From contig JAWOCD010000056.1 of NCBI GenBank assembly GCA_046483985.1, forward strand, positions 32,780 to 96,779: a stretch of DNA of 64,000 nt, in the 5' to 3' direction. Under the pieces are notes generated by a model. That model ran no database searches. It saw nothing but the letters and a program-made list of their open reading frames with translations, and had not been told where the DNA came from. The stretch comes from Promethearchaeia archaeon. GTDB lineage: Archaea; Asgardarchaeota; Lokiarchaeia; Sigyniarchaeales; SOKP01. Position 1 is the stretch's first letter. The number at the start of each line of letters is the position of its first letter. Position numbers and translations under genes: made by a program. Below, one piece after another: positions 10,842-20,590 of the stretch.

Positions 10842-11852
10842 CTATCTTGAACCAAATTCTGTTTTATACCATTCTATAGTTTTTTCGATTGCCTCTTCGA
10901 ACGAAATTTGTGGTACATATCCCCAGTATTCTCTTTGCTTTATCCGAGTGGAAGAAAAGATCGTATTTTGATAGTTTTAAAGTATACATGGAGATGGTAG
11001 GCATTTTTTTTCTTAGAAATATCCTGTAGAATAAGTCGATTAATGCCACAAAAGGTGCAGCCAGATTATAGGGAATGCTTACATCCAGGGGGTCCACCTT
11101 TAATTCGTTACAAATTGCTTGAATGAATTGTCTCATAGTAATGTAAGGGGGATCATCATCCGCAATAAGAAAAGTTTCGCCAGGAGCGTCTGGATGTGTT
11201 CCCGCTTTTTCCAAGGCGTTGGCTAAATTTTCTACATAAACATAACAAAGTTTAGACTTTCCTTTATTAATGTAAGGAATATTCTTACCGGAATCGAGTC
11301 TTTGGATGATTTCCCGTGCATTCAATAGGTCATGGGGTCCAAACGGAAGAAATCCCGGGCGAATGATAACCACCTCCATCTCATCCATATGTTCTTTTAA
11401 GAAGTTCTCTGACTTGATTTTTGATTTAATGTAAGGTCGTGTATACCATCTTGCCTTCTTAATCGCGGTTGTTTCGTCAGCTCCTTCAAAGTCTTGAAAT
11501 TCATGGACCACCAGGGAACTCATATGAACTAAGCGCTTAACACCCGCTTTCGACGCTTTAAAAAAAACATTAGTTGTTCCTTTAAAGTTTATATTAAAGA
11601 TTTGCTGAGACCAAGCATTTGAAGGTTTTGCCGCCAAATGGTAGACAGTTTGTACTCCCTCCATAGCGGGTTCAAGGGTTTTAGGGTTAGTCACATCCCC
11701 ATAATATATCTCACAGTTGACCCCTCAAGAAACTGCTCATTTGTGCCTTTTAATACCAATGCTCTCACTGAATGACCTACTTCGATAAGCTTTTCAACTA
11801 AGTTACTTCCGATGAACCCATTTGCTCCCGTCACTAAAGTTTTCATAGACAT
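10842..11852 (-). pseudogene. NAD-dependent epimerase/dehydratase (extended SDR, 3-beta-HSD-like), broken by two frameshifts (possibly sequencing errors)
   Basis: VTGANGFIG N-terminus and YxxxK motif; frame changes at G4 runs at 11721-11724 and 10921-10924; repair gives EGVNCEIYYGDVTNP and ILGYVPQISFEEAIEKTIEWY. Confidence 0.85.
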
Positions 11853-11974
11853 ACAAAGAATAATCTGGCGTTTTTTAGTCTTGTTATTCAAAAGAAATCA
11901 TAACTTAGGTCATAAACTATAAGAAAAAGCTTTAATAATTACCAAATGGTCTTCCATTCAATGATGTGATTAAT

Positions 11975-12133
11975 ATGAAAAAGAGAGAGAATAACTCAGA
12001 AAAGAATATTGATGATCTTTTAGACCAAACATTCGAAAATCAAGCCGAGATTCATCATAAATGTAAGATAAGGGATGATCCAGCCAAAAAGCAGAAAAAG
12101 TGGGAAGAAAAATACGGTAAAAAAAAGGAATAA
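11975..12133 (+). CDS. Small charged hypothetical protein (52 aa), below the ORF-track cutoff
   Basis: MKKRENNSEKNIDDLLDQTFENQAEIHHKCKIRDDPAKKQKKWEEKYGKKKE fills an intergenic gap; GTGA RBS-like motif upstream. Confidence 0.5.
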   Translation: MKKRENNSEKNIDDLLDQTFENQAEIHHKCKIRDDPAKKQKKWEEKYGKKKE

Positions 12134-12137
12134 TACG

Positions 12138-15098
12138 TTATTTTAAAAAACCTGGTTTATAACCTTCAAATTTATCCTCTTCCGTATCGGGAGAGTAATT
12201 ATCCCTCCATTTATTGAAAGTCTCAAGAAATTCCTCCTTTTTCTCTGGTTTCAACGGCTCACGGATCATACGGAGTTTACTGATCCATTGGCGCATATCT
12301 TTCAAGGCCATGGAATAGCCTTCACTTTCTAAAATATCATCCATGATAAGTTGGAGTTTTTTACTTATCTCAAATCCCTTTAATTCATCCAATTCCGCAA
12401 GAATTTTGTCGAATTTATCCAATTTTTCTTTATCCTCCTCTGAAACTTCCGAGGAGGGTTTTTTCGGCTTATTTTGACCCGGTTTCTGAACTTTCGATCT
12501 CACTTTTTTTTGTTGAGGCTCTGGTTGGGTTGAAGTTTTCTCCTCTTTTCCTTGAATCTTTTTTTTTTCTTTTTCTGACCCTTCTTCAGAATCCAGTTGA
12601 AAATCGTCATACCATTTCTGGAATTCTTCGAGAAAATCATCTTTTAAGGATTCTGGTAATCTTTTTCGATTCATCCGCAACTTTCCCTTCCAAAACTTGA
12701 GAACTTTCGGAACAGAAGCAAAACTTTGCTTCTCCATAATAATGTCCATTATATTTTGTAATTTTTTACTCACTTGTGCACCAGTGTAATTATTAACACC
12801 GGTTAAAAGGTCATTTGCAAGTGCATTCAAATCAGTTTTATCTTCGGTTTCCCCGTTTGAAGGAGTTTCTGCAAGCTTTGGCGAACCATATTCCCCTACA
12901 GTTTGTTGGGTACTTGCCTCAGTACCAGAAGGGAGAATCTTTTTTTGGGGAGATGCTTTTCGAGATTTACGTTTTGAAGAGGAAGATATAATATCGTTTT
13001 TCCATTGCAGAAAATCTTTGATTAAAGCGTCTTTAAAGTCCTCATCTAACGGGGTTGATTTCTCCGATAATTTGCTTTTCCATTCAATTATTTCAGAAAA
13101 TCCTTGAAATCTCAGAATTAGTTCAATAAATTGAGATATTTGGTTACTGATCTGTTCTCCCGTTAATTTATCCATCTTATCAATAAAAAGATTAAACAAT
13201 TCCTCAATTTTTTCTTTATTTATTTCGCGCTGTTTCTTTTGGAATATTTCGATTTGGGATTTCTTTCCCTTTTCCTTTTCTTCTTCAGAAGGAACTTGTT
13301 TAAGTTGTGGCGGCTCTGCCAACTCATAGTCTGAAATCTTTTTATTATATTCTTGAATTTTATTAATTACTTCTTTTTTATCCTCTTTACCCAAAGTTTC
13401 ATGTATTTTTTTAAGTTTCTTTCCCAAAAGTTTTAATTCCAATACATTTAGAGAAACCCCTTCCTTTTGAAAAGTAAAATTAAGTGCATTTTCAAATAAA
13501 TTGCCAATCTCATAGCCACTATACGTGTTAATATTCTCTAAAACTTTATTGAATCTGGAGGTTATTTCTCGATTTTTTTCATACGTAGCTTCTTTCCATT
13601 TTTCTTCAAAAAGTTGTCGAAATTGGGTTAAATAGTCTTTATTACTCGTAATAAACCCCAAAACCTCATTTGATTGTCTTTCTGCTTGTTTATTATAATT
13701 CCCAAAAAGGAGTAACGATTCCTCCTTTAACAGTCCAATTAATTCATTATTTTCTAACCTTTTATATTCATATTTATCAAGTCCTTTCAATAATCTTATT
13801 AATCTGTCAGAATGAGGTTCTGAGGATATAATCCTTATTTTTTGTTTTTGAGATGATATTGGTTTCACTTTTTTTTCCGTCTTGTTTTTTTTCTTTGGTT
13901 GGGAGTGCTCGGTTACTTCCATTTTTTTAAGTTTGCTTTTTAAGTCTTCCCTACTTTCAAGACCCAAAATCTCCAAGGGCATAAACTTTTCAATTTCTGG
14001 TATTAGAATAAGTGCATCGCTATGGGGATCCTTTAAAGATTCCAATAGTACATCTTTGAATTTCCGTATACTATTCATTGGAAGTAGGTCTTGTAAATTA
14101 CCAATACGGGCGTCAGAGTATACTTTGATAAGATCTTTCAAAAGACCCACGGTTTCCTTAATCTTCTCATTCACATGAGAAAAGTTTTCATTTAAGATTT
14201 GAATCGTCTTGTCTTGCACAGAGTCTGCCAATTGGTCAAGTCTTTTTTCAAGATTGTTTTTTTTCGAGAGGAGAAGCTTATGAAGTTTTTTCATTTCACC
14301 CGTAAAGATATTCATTATTCCCAGATAGACCGAATTTTGTTCAAATTTTTGTTCTAAACGAAAAGACAATTTAGAGTTCAGAGTTTCCCGGATACCCTCA
14401 AATTCACTTGAAATTATATCTTGAATTTCCTGTGCCTTTTTATGGGTTTCCAATGTCATTATATCCTTAATCCTACCCTTTATGCCATCCCATTGAGCAT
14501 CACTGATGTTCAGTTTTTCAAGTTCGTCTGGAAATTTATTCTTCAATTTGATTATTTCAATCACTACACTCGCCATTTCTGAACTTACCGTCTCTTTTAG
14601 TGTCTCTTCATAATCGTTTAAAAAGGCAGTAATTGATTCTTGATCTTCCAAGCTGCTTACCAGTTCCTTGGTTTCCTTTCTTATGGTTTCCGTGTCTTCA
14701 TCAATATCGTCTTTTAGTTTCTTAAAGTCCTTATATAATGTATCTAATGATAATGTTTGGTTTTTTTCAAAAACGTTTTCCAATTTCTCTCCGATAGTTT
14801 GGTTTAAACTTTCCTTCTCAGTTAATAAGGCCTTAATCTCCAATAGATATTCATTAATGGGTCCAAACGGCGGTAATGCTTGATAATGAGTTGGTAAAGT
14901 GTGATTTTGGTAAGGGATCTTAATAAGCAGCTTTTTTTCGATTAATTCTTTGAGAATTTCTTTAATTTCTTCTTTTGTACACTCTCCATTTAGAATTTCC
15001 CTCAGTTCGCTTATAGTCCTTGGAGGTTTACCCAAGATCGCAAAATAGATTTCATTTGCTAGTTTTGAGATCTGCGGTAATTTGAATAAACTCTTCAT
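12138..15098 (-). CDS. TrmB-like wHTH + coiled coil + four C-terminal Vps28-CTD-like helical repeats
   Basis: N-terminal EIYFAILG...TISEL...EILKELIEKKLL...YQALPP; long heptad region; four ~70-aa repeats in about 12196-13556. Confidence 0.65.
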   Translation of the reverse strand: MKSLFKLPQISKLANEIYFAILGKPPRTISELREILNGECTKEEIKEILKELIEKKLLIKIPYQNHTLPTHYQALPPFGPINEYLLEIKALLTEKESLNQTIGEKLENVFEKNQTLSLDTLYKDFKKLKDDIDEDTETIRKETKELVSSLEDQESITAFLNDYEETLKETVSSEMASVVIEIIKLKNKFPDELEKLNISDAQWDGIKGRIKDIMTLETHKKAQEIQDIISSEFEGIRETLNSKLSFRLEQKFEQNSVYLGIMNIFTGEMKKLHKLLLSKKNNLEKRLDQLADSVQDKTIQILNENFSHVNEKIKETVGLLKDLIKVYSDARIGNLQDLLPMNSIRKFKDVLLESLKDPHSDALILIPEIEKFMPLEILGLESREDLKSKLKKMEVTEHSQPKKKNKTEKKVKPISSQKQKIRIISSEPHSDRLIRLLKGLDKYEYKRLENNELIGLLKEESLLLFGNYNKQAERQSNEVLGFITSNKDYLTQFRQLFEEKWKEATYEKNREITSRFNKVLENINTYSGYEIGNLFENALNFTFQKEGVSLNVLELKLLGKKLKKIHETLGKEDKKEVINKIQEYNKKISDYELAEPPQLKQVPSEEEKEKGKKSQIEIFQKKQREINKEKIEELFNLFIDKMDKLTGEQISNQISQFIELILRFQGFSEIIEWKSKLSEKSTPLDEDFKDALIKDFLQWKNDIISSSSKRKSRKASPQKKILPSGTEASTQQTVGEYGSPKLAETPSNGETEDKTDLNALANDLLTGVNNYTGAQVSKKLQNIMDIIMEKQSFASVPKVLKFWKGKLRMNRKRLPESLKDDFLEEFQKWYDDFQLDSEEGSEKEKKKIQGKEEKTSTQPEPQQKKVRSKVQKPGQNKPKKPSSEVSEEDKEKLDKFDKILAELDELKGFEISKKLQLIMDDILESEGYSMALKDMRQWISKLRMIREPLKPEKKEEFLETFNKWRDNYSPDTEEDKFEGYKPGFLK

Positions 15099-15397
15099 AA
15101 TAATATCAACTAAAGTTAGGATTAGTTTTGAATAAATACGTAAATACCTACATAAAATTATATTCCTTTTGCGGTTATCACTAAATATATCTATTATTCT
15201 CTTTTAAATTATCTTTTTTCAAAAAATTAAAATAGAAAGTTTCAAAGTTTCAAAATTATTGAAGGTTGAAACTAAAAGGAGAAGAATAATCTGATATGAA
15301 TTTTGTGACTTTGTATCATATTCAAGAGGGAAAAATGATCATTTCCAGAAAAGGATCTAAAAATATAGAATTCTAAACATGATTTATTCGTCTATTT

Positions 15398-16193
15398 TTA
15401 AGCTGGAAGCATATGCAACCAATAAAGTATGAGAAAATCATTAAACAGATTAACTATGGAATGTAAAATCATTCCATACCAGATAAAGTCTAATTTTAAG
15501 GCGGCATAGCCAAGTAAAGGTCCCATCACAAGGGAAAGAGTAATTTCTGAAATAGCCTTCCCGATATGATATAAAGTTGTAATCACAGTTTGAATAACCA
15601 ATATTATAATTATCCCCTTAATTGTGGTTTTCTTCCGTCTAAGCCCAAACTGCAAGTAGCCTCGCATCGTCACTTCATAGGCGTAAAAATAGAAAAAGTA
15701 CAATGCCTCATAATAGATAAAAATAAGCCAATTTGTTCCTATCAGTTTAGTTAACGGATATTCGGCTTGCATGACAGGATCCTGTGAAGCAAAAATTGCC
15801 ACTATAAGAAGGATAGGAATTATTATGATAGTGAGTGATAAACCTAACTTTTTATTACCCCATCGTAGTCCATAATCACGAAAATCGCCCTTAAAATAAT
15901 ATTTTACGATAAGATACGGCACTAAAAAGAATAAAAACATAGTGCAAACGAATTGGTATATATATTGCCAGAAATCCAACCATAGGTTATCTCCAAGGAT
16001 TGGCTTAAAATACAACCAAATCCTTTGAATAGCCAGATTTATTTATAGACCATTTTGCAACCACCCAATATATGATAGTAACGGTAATAACTGAAAGCAC
16101 GACCATCTTTCCCTTGTTATTGAATATTTTCTTAATCTCTTCTGAACACCTGGGAGCGATATCGGTTTCAGAGTTCATTTTATTTAAAATCAA
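15398..16193 (-). pseudogene. CPBP (Abi/CAAX) intramembrane protease, apparently split by one frameshift near 16005-16045
   Basis: YEVTMRG, HIGK and H-x3-N motifs; the upstream 62-aa hydrophobic ORF overlaps the main ORF in another frame. Confidence 0.65.
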
Positions 16194-16229
16194 TCTCGAA
16201 TAATTTAAAAAGTTATTTTCAAATAATCT

Positions 16230-17459
16230 TCACTTAACATTTTTGATTAATGTCGCCATCCCCGTCCCTCCCCCAGCACATTGACTACACACAGCATAAT
16301 TCCCCTTCCTCCTCTTTAATTCATATAAAGCAGTCAGAATCAATCGAGCTCCCGTCATTCCCGGCGGGTGTCCTATCGCGATTGCCCCGCCATTTACATT
16401 CACCTTTTCTTGGGAAATACCGAGTGCTTTAATACAGAAAAGCACTTGTTGAGCTTGCGCTTCATTAATTTCAAAGATGTCAATATCCTCTGGAGATAGG
16501 TTATTTTTCTCTAACAATTTCCGAATAGCTGGAATTGGGCCTAATCCCATATATTGAGGTTCTACATTACCTGCGGTGGAATCAAGCCATAAACCTTGAG
16601 GAGTAATCGCTCCTTCTTTCGCGTTCTCCAGGGATGATAGCAGCAAAGCCGCTGCGCCATCATTGAGGTCCGGAGTGTTGCCAGGAGTTACAAAGCCGTT
16701 TTCGCGAAATATTGGTTTTAACTTGTTCAACATCTCAAGGGTTACATCTGGACGTGGAGATTCATCTTTAGTCATCAATTGTTCCTTTCCTTTTTTAGTG
16801 ATTTTTACTGGAGTGATTTCATCAAAGAATCCACGTTTTTGCGCTTTTAAATACTTTTTTTGGCTTTTTAAGGCAAAACGGTTTATTTCTTCAAAACTCA
16901 GATGAATTTCCGGTAAATTGTATTTTTTGCATATTTTCGGGGCATCTTTTAAGATGTTCTCGGCGGTTTCTCCTACATGGTCATACCCTCCATAAACATC
17001 ATAAGTGTCCGTGAATCCATCATAAAATAACGCATCTACCAGCTCATCATTTCTCAGTCGATTCCCCCACCGTGCATTCATTAGCATATAGGGTGTTTGG
17101 CTATTACTTTCCATGCCTCCGGCAATAACTAAATTATTTTTATTTAGCAAGATTTGATGGGCGGCAATTTCAACAGATTTCATTCCCGATGAACAAACAT
17201 TATTCACGGTCAAAGCACCAACAGTATGGGGGAGATCGGCCTTAAGTGCGGCAATACGCGCTGGGTTATTGCCCATTCCCTCTTGATGAATTGCCCCCAT
17301 TATCACATCTTCGATTTTTCGATTCTGAATGCCAGAGCGTTTTAGCACTGCATTTATTGCAATTGCCCCGAGGTCAACTGCGGGAATATCCTTTAATTTT
17401 CCGCCGAATTTTCCTATGGGGGTGCGAGCACCGTTGATTATTGCAACTTTTTGATTCAT
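16230..17459 (-). CDS. Thiolase (acetyl-CoA C-acyltransferase)
   Basis: RTPIGKFGG, NNVCSSGM, AGGMES, EINEAQA, GAIAIGHP and CAGGG motifs. Confidence 0.93.
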   Translation of the reverse strand: MNQKVAIINGARTPIGKFGGKLKDIPAVDLGAIAINAVLKRSGIQNRKIEDVIMGAIHQEGMGNNPARIAALKADLPHTVGALTVNNVCSSGMKSVEIAAHQILLNKNNLVIAGGMESNSQTPYMLMNARWGNRLRNDELVDALFYDGFTDTYDVYGGYDHVGETAENILKDAPKICKKYNLPEIHLSFEEINRFALKSQKKYLKAQKRGFFDEITPVKITKKGKEQLMTKDESPRPDVTLEMLNKLKPIFRENGFVTPGNTPDLNDGAAALLLSSLENAKEGAITPQGLWLDSTAGNVEPQYMGLGPIPAIRKLLEKNNLSPEDIDIFEINEAQAQQVLFCIKALGISQEKVNVNGGAIAIGHPPGMTGARLILTALYELKRRKGNYAVCSQCAGGGTGMATLIKNVK

Positions 17460-17542
17460 TTTTCACTTTGAAACTTTAAGCTTGACTATTTTATTATTAT
17501 AAATTTAGTCTACTAAAAATCTTTTTACTCTTTCGCTATAAA

Positions 17543-17608
17543 TTGAAGTTAAATTAAGGCAAAATTTATCACCGCCCTAAAAGTCGGTGTTTTCTTTTGC
17601 CGTCTATG
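17543..17608 (-). mobile_element. IS200/IS605-type left-end hairpin remnant / mini-element
   Basis: Minus strand TTAT|catagacggcaaaag-AAAA-CACCGACttttagGGCGGTG; outer stem ggcaaaa/ttttgcc; ends in TTCAA. Confidence 0.65.
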
Positions 17609-17621
17609 ATAAAATCAAGAT

Positions 17622-17635
17622 TTAGGTATACCTAA
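17622..17635. promoter_or_regulatory. DtxR/MntR-like operator palindrome
   Basis: Perfect palindrome TTAGGTATACCTAA; a DtxR-family gene lies at 20591. Confidence 0.45.
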
Positions 17636-17766
17636 GAGGAGAGATTCAAAAGATACAAGATGTGAAAAGAAAAACACAATTTTTTAAAGGAAATCATCAT
17701 CATTTTCTTCAATCATGATTTATTTTTAAAAAGGGATTTCAAAGATTAGACACATTTAAATATAGA

Positions 17767-17802
17767 GAATAATTATTCAAATCAAGATAAATAATTATTC
17801 AA
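17767..17802. promoter_or_regulatory. Tandem GAATAATTATTC operators upstream of the OsmC-like gene
   Basis: GAATAATTATTC at 17767-17778 and a one-mismatch copy at 17789-17800, just downstream of TTTAAATA. Confidence 0.6.
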
Positions 17803-17855
17803 ATAAATAAACAAAAATAAATGAATTATAGAAATTAAAGAACTGACAATTAGAG

Positions 17856-18359
17856 TTGATTAAATTGGGTTTTAAAGAAACTTACGAGAAAGTAAAGGAA
17901 GATATTTCTGCAGGCGAGAAGAACTTCAATGTGAAATGTGAAATGATTGACGAGGGGCTTCAATGTAAAGCAATAATGGGAGGGAAACCTCATGAATTTA
18001 TTATTGATGCTCCTGCTGGGTTAGATGGAACGGATGAAGGTCCTAGCCCACTTTTAGCCATTTTAGCATCGATTGGAGCATGTATTATTGCCGTCACCCG
18101 ATTCTGGGCCAAAATTATGGACATCGAGATTAAGGACATGAAAGTCTTTTCGAGAGGTCACATAAATCTTGGAGCAATCTTCGGTATTGATGAGGATATG
18201 TTACCCGGGTACGATAAACTCGAACCCGTGGTTCAAATCGAAGCCGATGCTCCCGAAGAAAAAGTGGAAGAGATGATGGATAAAGTTTTTAACCATTGTC
18301 CCGTCATTACCAACTTTGGCGGCGCAAGCCCTATTAAGCCAAAATTAAGAATTAGATAA
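17856..18359 (+). CDS. OsmC/Ohr family protein
   Basis: DAPAGLDGTDEGPSP, GAC and HCPV cysteine pair. Confidence 0.85.
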   Translation: MIKLGFKETYEKVKEDISAGEKNFNVKCEMIDEGLQCKAIMGGKPHEFIIDAPAGLDGTDEGPSPLLAILASIGACIIAVTRFWAKIMDIEIKDMKVFSRGHINLGAIFGIDEDMLPGYDKLEPVVQIEADAPEEKVEEMMDKVFNHCPVITNFGGASPIKPKLRIR

Positions 18360-18476
18360 TCTCTAAAAATTTAATTCATACATATTTACTTTTTTTTCTT
18401 TTCTTTCATCTTTTTAGATTTTGATTAGTTGATAATCACGAACTTATTATTTAAGTGATACTATTACGGTATTTGT

Positions 18477-18496
18477 AACCTATATATATGTAGGTT
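18477..18496. promoter_or_regulatory. Near-perfect palindrome upstream of the TPR gene
   Basis: AACCTATATATATGTAGGTT. Confidence 0.3.
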
Positions 18497-18578
18497 GATT
18501 ACTTTTATAATAGTTGATCCAAGTGTATTTTTATTTGAATATGCATTTAAGCAAAAAATAAAAGATTAGTAAATCCAC

Positions 18579-20003
18579 ATGTTGAAAGATATTTATAAAC
18601 GAAAGCAAAATCGGATTCAGACCTATAAGGTTAATGAATTTCTTACCTTGAAGTTAATTAATAAACGCACATATATCTATGTGGATGATCGACTCTTTTT
18701 ACAATGTAAATATTTATTACTCAATATACCGTTAAATAAAAATAAATCTCGCGCGATAGATTCCATAGACGAGGCAGCCGAGCGCTTAGATAATACGTTA
18801 GAAAAGCCATTCCTTTTTAAGAACGAGCCCATAACCCCCGAAATGGAGTTTTGGGGTCATTGTTCTAATTTAGACGCATGGGCAAAGTATGATTATGACA
18901 CCAGAATATTACATAGAAATCTGGCATTCCCATTACTTCGGAAATTGACGGAAGCTGGTGATCCAAAAGCAAGAAAAATCTTCAAAGAAGAAGTAGCAAA
19001 ACGACTGTTAAGTGAACAACTCTCTGTTATTACCTATTTGATCAATGAAGGATATTTAGAATATTTCAATAAAGAAGAATTAGAAACCATCTTAGAGACC
19101 AATTCAAAAGAAAATGTATGGACTCTTTTAGGTATTGCTTATACACGGGAAAGAAAATTTCAAGGGGCTGAACATGCCTTCCAACTGGTCTTAAAAAAGA
19201 ATCCAGATTATAAAAACGCTTACAGGGGTCTGGGTAAATTATATGTCAAAATGAAAGAGTATGCGAAAGCTAGCAATGCTTTCAAGAAATATCTAGAACT
19301 AGAACCAGATTCCAAATCTATATGGTTCCAACTTGGTGAAATCTATAAAAAACAAGAACAATATGAAAATGCTATCGATGCTTTTAAACAGTCTCTTGAA
19401 ATTGACCCTAGATTTGAAGCGGGTCTCTGTGAACTGGCTTTCACCTTACGACTCAATAAGCAATTTGAAAAAGCCATCAAAAAAAACCTCAAGGCATTAG
19501 ACATTTATCCCAAAGATAAAGTAGCATGGAATAACCTCAGTTGGGCATATAATGGAAATAAGCAATATGAAAAGGCTTTTCAATCTGCTCGAAAAGCCCT
19601 CGAACTCGATCCCCATTTTGCCAATCCGTATAATCATATCGGATTTGCCCATTTTAGACTTAAAAACTATAAAAAAGCATTACGAAACGTAAAAAAGGCG
19701 ATTGCAATAGACGAGAATTATGGTCGCGCGTGGAAATATTTGGGTCTAATTTATGAGAAGAAACAATCCAGAATTCATTGCATTAGCGCTTTTGAGCGAT
19801 ACTTAGAACTAAATCCAAATGATGTAAAATTTCAATTCAAATTAGGGAAATGGTACTATAAATTAAACCTTTTAGAAGAAGCAGAAAAGAGATGTAGGAT
19901 TTGCTTAAAGTTAGATCCTAAATTCTCAGAGGCACAAGGCTTATTAACAAAGATTAAGAACACCTCACAACAAGGAAAGTTAAAGGAAAGAAATCAAGCT
20001 TAA
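18579..20003 (+). CDS. Lokiarchaeal N-terminal domain fused to TPR repeats
   Basis: KVNEFLTLKL...QCKYLLL...SIDEAA...EFWGHCSNL...DTRILHRNLAFPLLRKL followed by about 8 TPRs. Confidence 0.85.
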   Translation: MLKDIYKRKQNRIQTYKVNEFLTLKLINKRTYIYVDDRLFLQCKYLLLNIPLNKNKSRAIDSIDEAAERLDNTLEKPFLFKNEPITPEMEFWGHCSNLDAWAKYDYDTRILHRNLAFPLLRKLTEAGDPKARKIFKEEVAKRLLSEQLSVITYLINEGYLEYFNKEELETILETNSKENVWTLLGIAYTRERKFQGAEHAFQLVLKKNPDYKNAYRGLGKLYVKMKEYAKASNAFKKYLELEPDSKSIWFQLGEIYKKQEQYENAIDAFKQSLEIDPRFEAGLCELAFTLRLNKQFEKAIKKNLKALDIYPKDKVAWNNLSWAYNGNKQYEKAFQSARKALELDPHFANPYNHIGFAHFRLKNYKKALRNVKKAIAIDENYGRAWKYLGLIYEKKQSRIHCISAFERYLELNPNDVKFQFKLGKWYYKLNLLEEAEKRCRICLKLDPKFSEAQGLLTKIKNTSQQGKLKERNQA

Positions 20004-20032
20004 CCTAAGAAATAAGTTGTGCAATTTGGTTT

Positions 20033-20095
20033 TGAATATATATTCATTAAATTTAAAAAGGAAAAGTGATATATATTAATTAAGAATAAATATTC
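20033..20095. promoter_or_regulatory. Two GAATAWWTATTC operators upstream of the DUF5320 gene
   Basis: TGAATATATATTCA (20033-20046) and GAATAAATATTC (20084-20095) flanking a TATA-like TTTAAAAA. Confidence 0.6.
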
Positions 20096-20139
20096 ATAAA
20101 TAAAAAAATTAATCATAAAAATGGAGTTGAAAAAGTTAA

Positions 20140-20529
20140 ATGCCAGGTGGAGATGGAACTGGTCCTAATGGGTATGGTCCAATGACGGGGCGAGGTCTAG
20201 GATACTGCGCCGGATATAGCACACCCGGTTATACCAAGGGTGGAGGATTAGGATTAGGTCGTGGATTTCGAGGAGGAAGAGGACGTGGATTCGGGAGAGG
20301 AATTGGTCGGGGTCGCGGACGAAGGTTCGTGGGTCCCGTTACAAGACCCGTTTACGCTAACCCCGTCCAATCAGCTCCGGTAGGAACAGCTCAACCAGCA
20401 ACCCCGGAAGCAGAGCTTAACATGCTAAAACAAGAAAAGAACTACCTCGAAACCGAATTGGACAATATTAGAAATGCCCTTCAGGACATTACCAAAAGAA
20501 TAAACGAATTAGAAACAGAGAGTGAATAA
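20140..20529 (+). CDS. DUF5320 family RG-rich protein
   Basis: MPGGDGTGP-x-G-x-GPMTGRGLGYC, GR repeats, C-terminal coiled coil. Confidence 0.88.
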   Translation: MPGGDGTGPNGYGPMTGRGLGYCAGYSTPGYTKGGGLGLGRGFRGGRGRGFGRGIGRGRGRRFVGPVTRPVYANPVQSAPVGTAQPATPEAELNMLKQEKNYLETELDNIRNALQDITKRINELETESE

Positions 20530-20590
20530 TCAATTTTTTTTTTTTTTTATTTATATGTTCTTTGAGAGTAAACTCAGAGGTTTTTAATAG

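Noticed and set aside
10842-16193. Programmed ribosomal frameshifting in the SDR and CPBP genes
   Set aside because: No canonical slippery heptamer or stimulatory structure seen; homopolymer error or pseudogenisation is simpler
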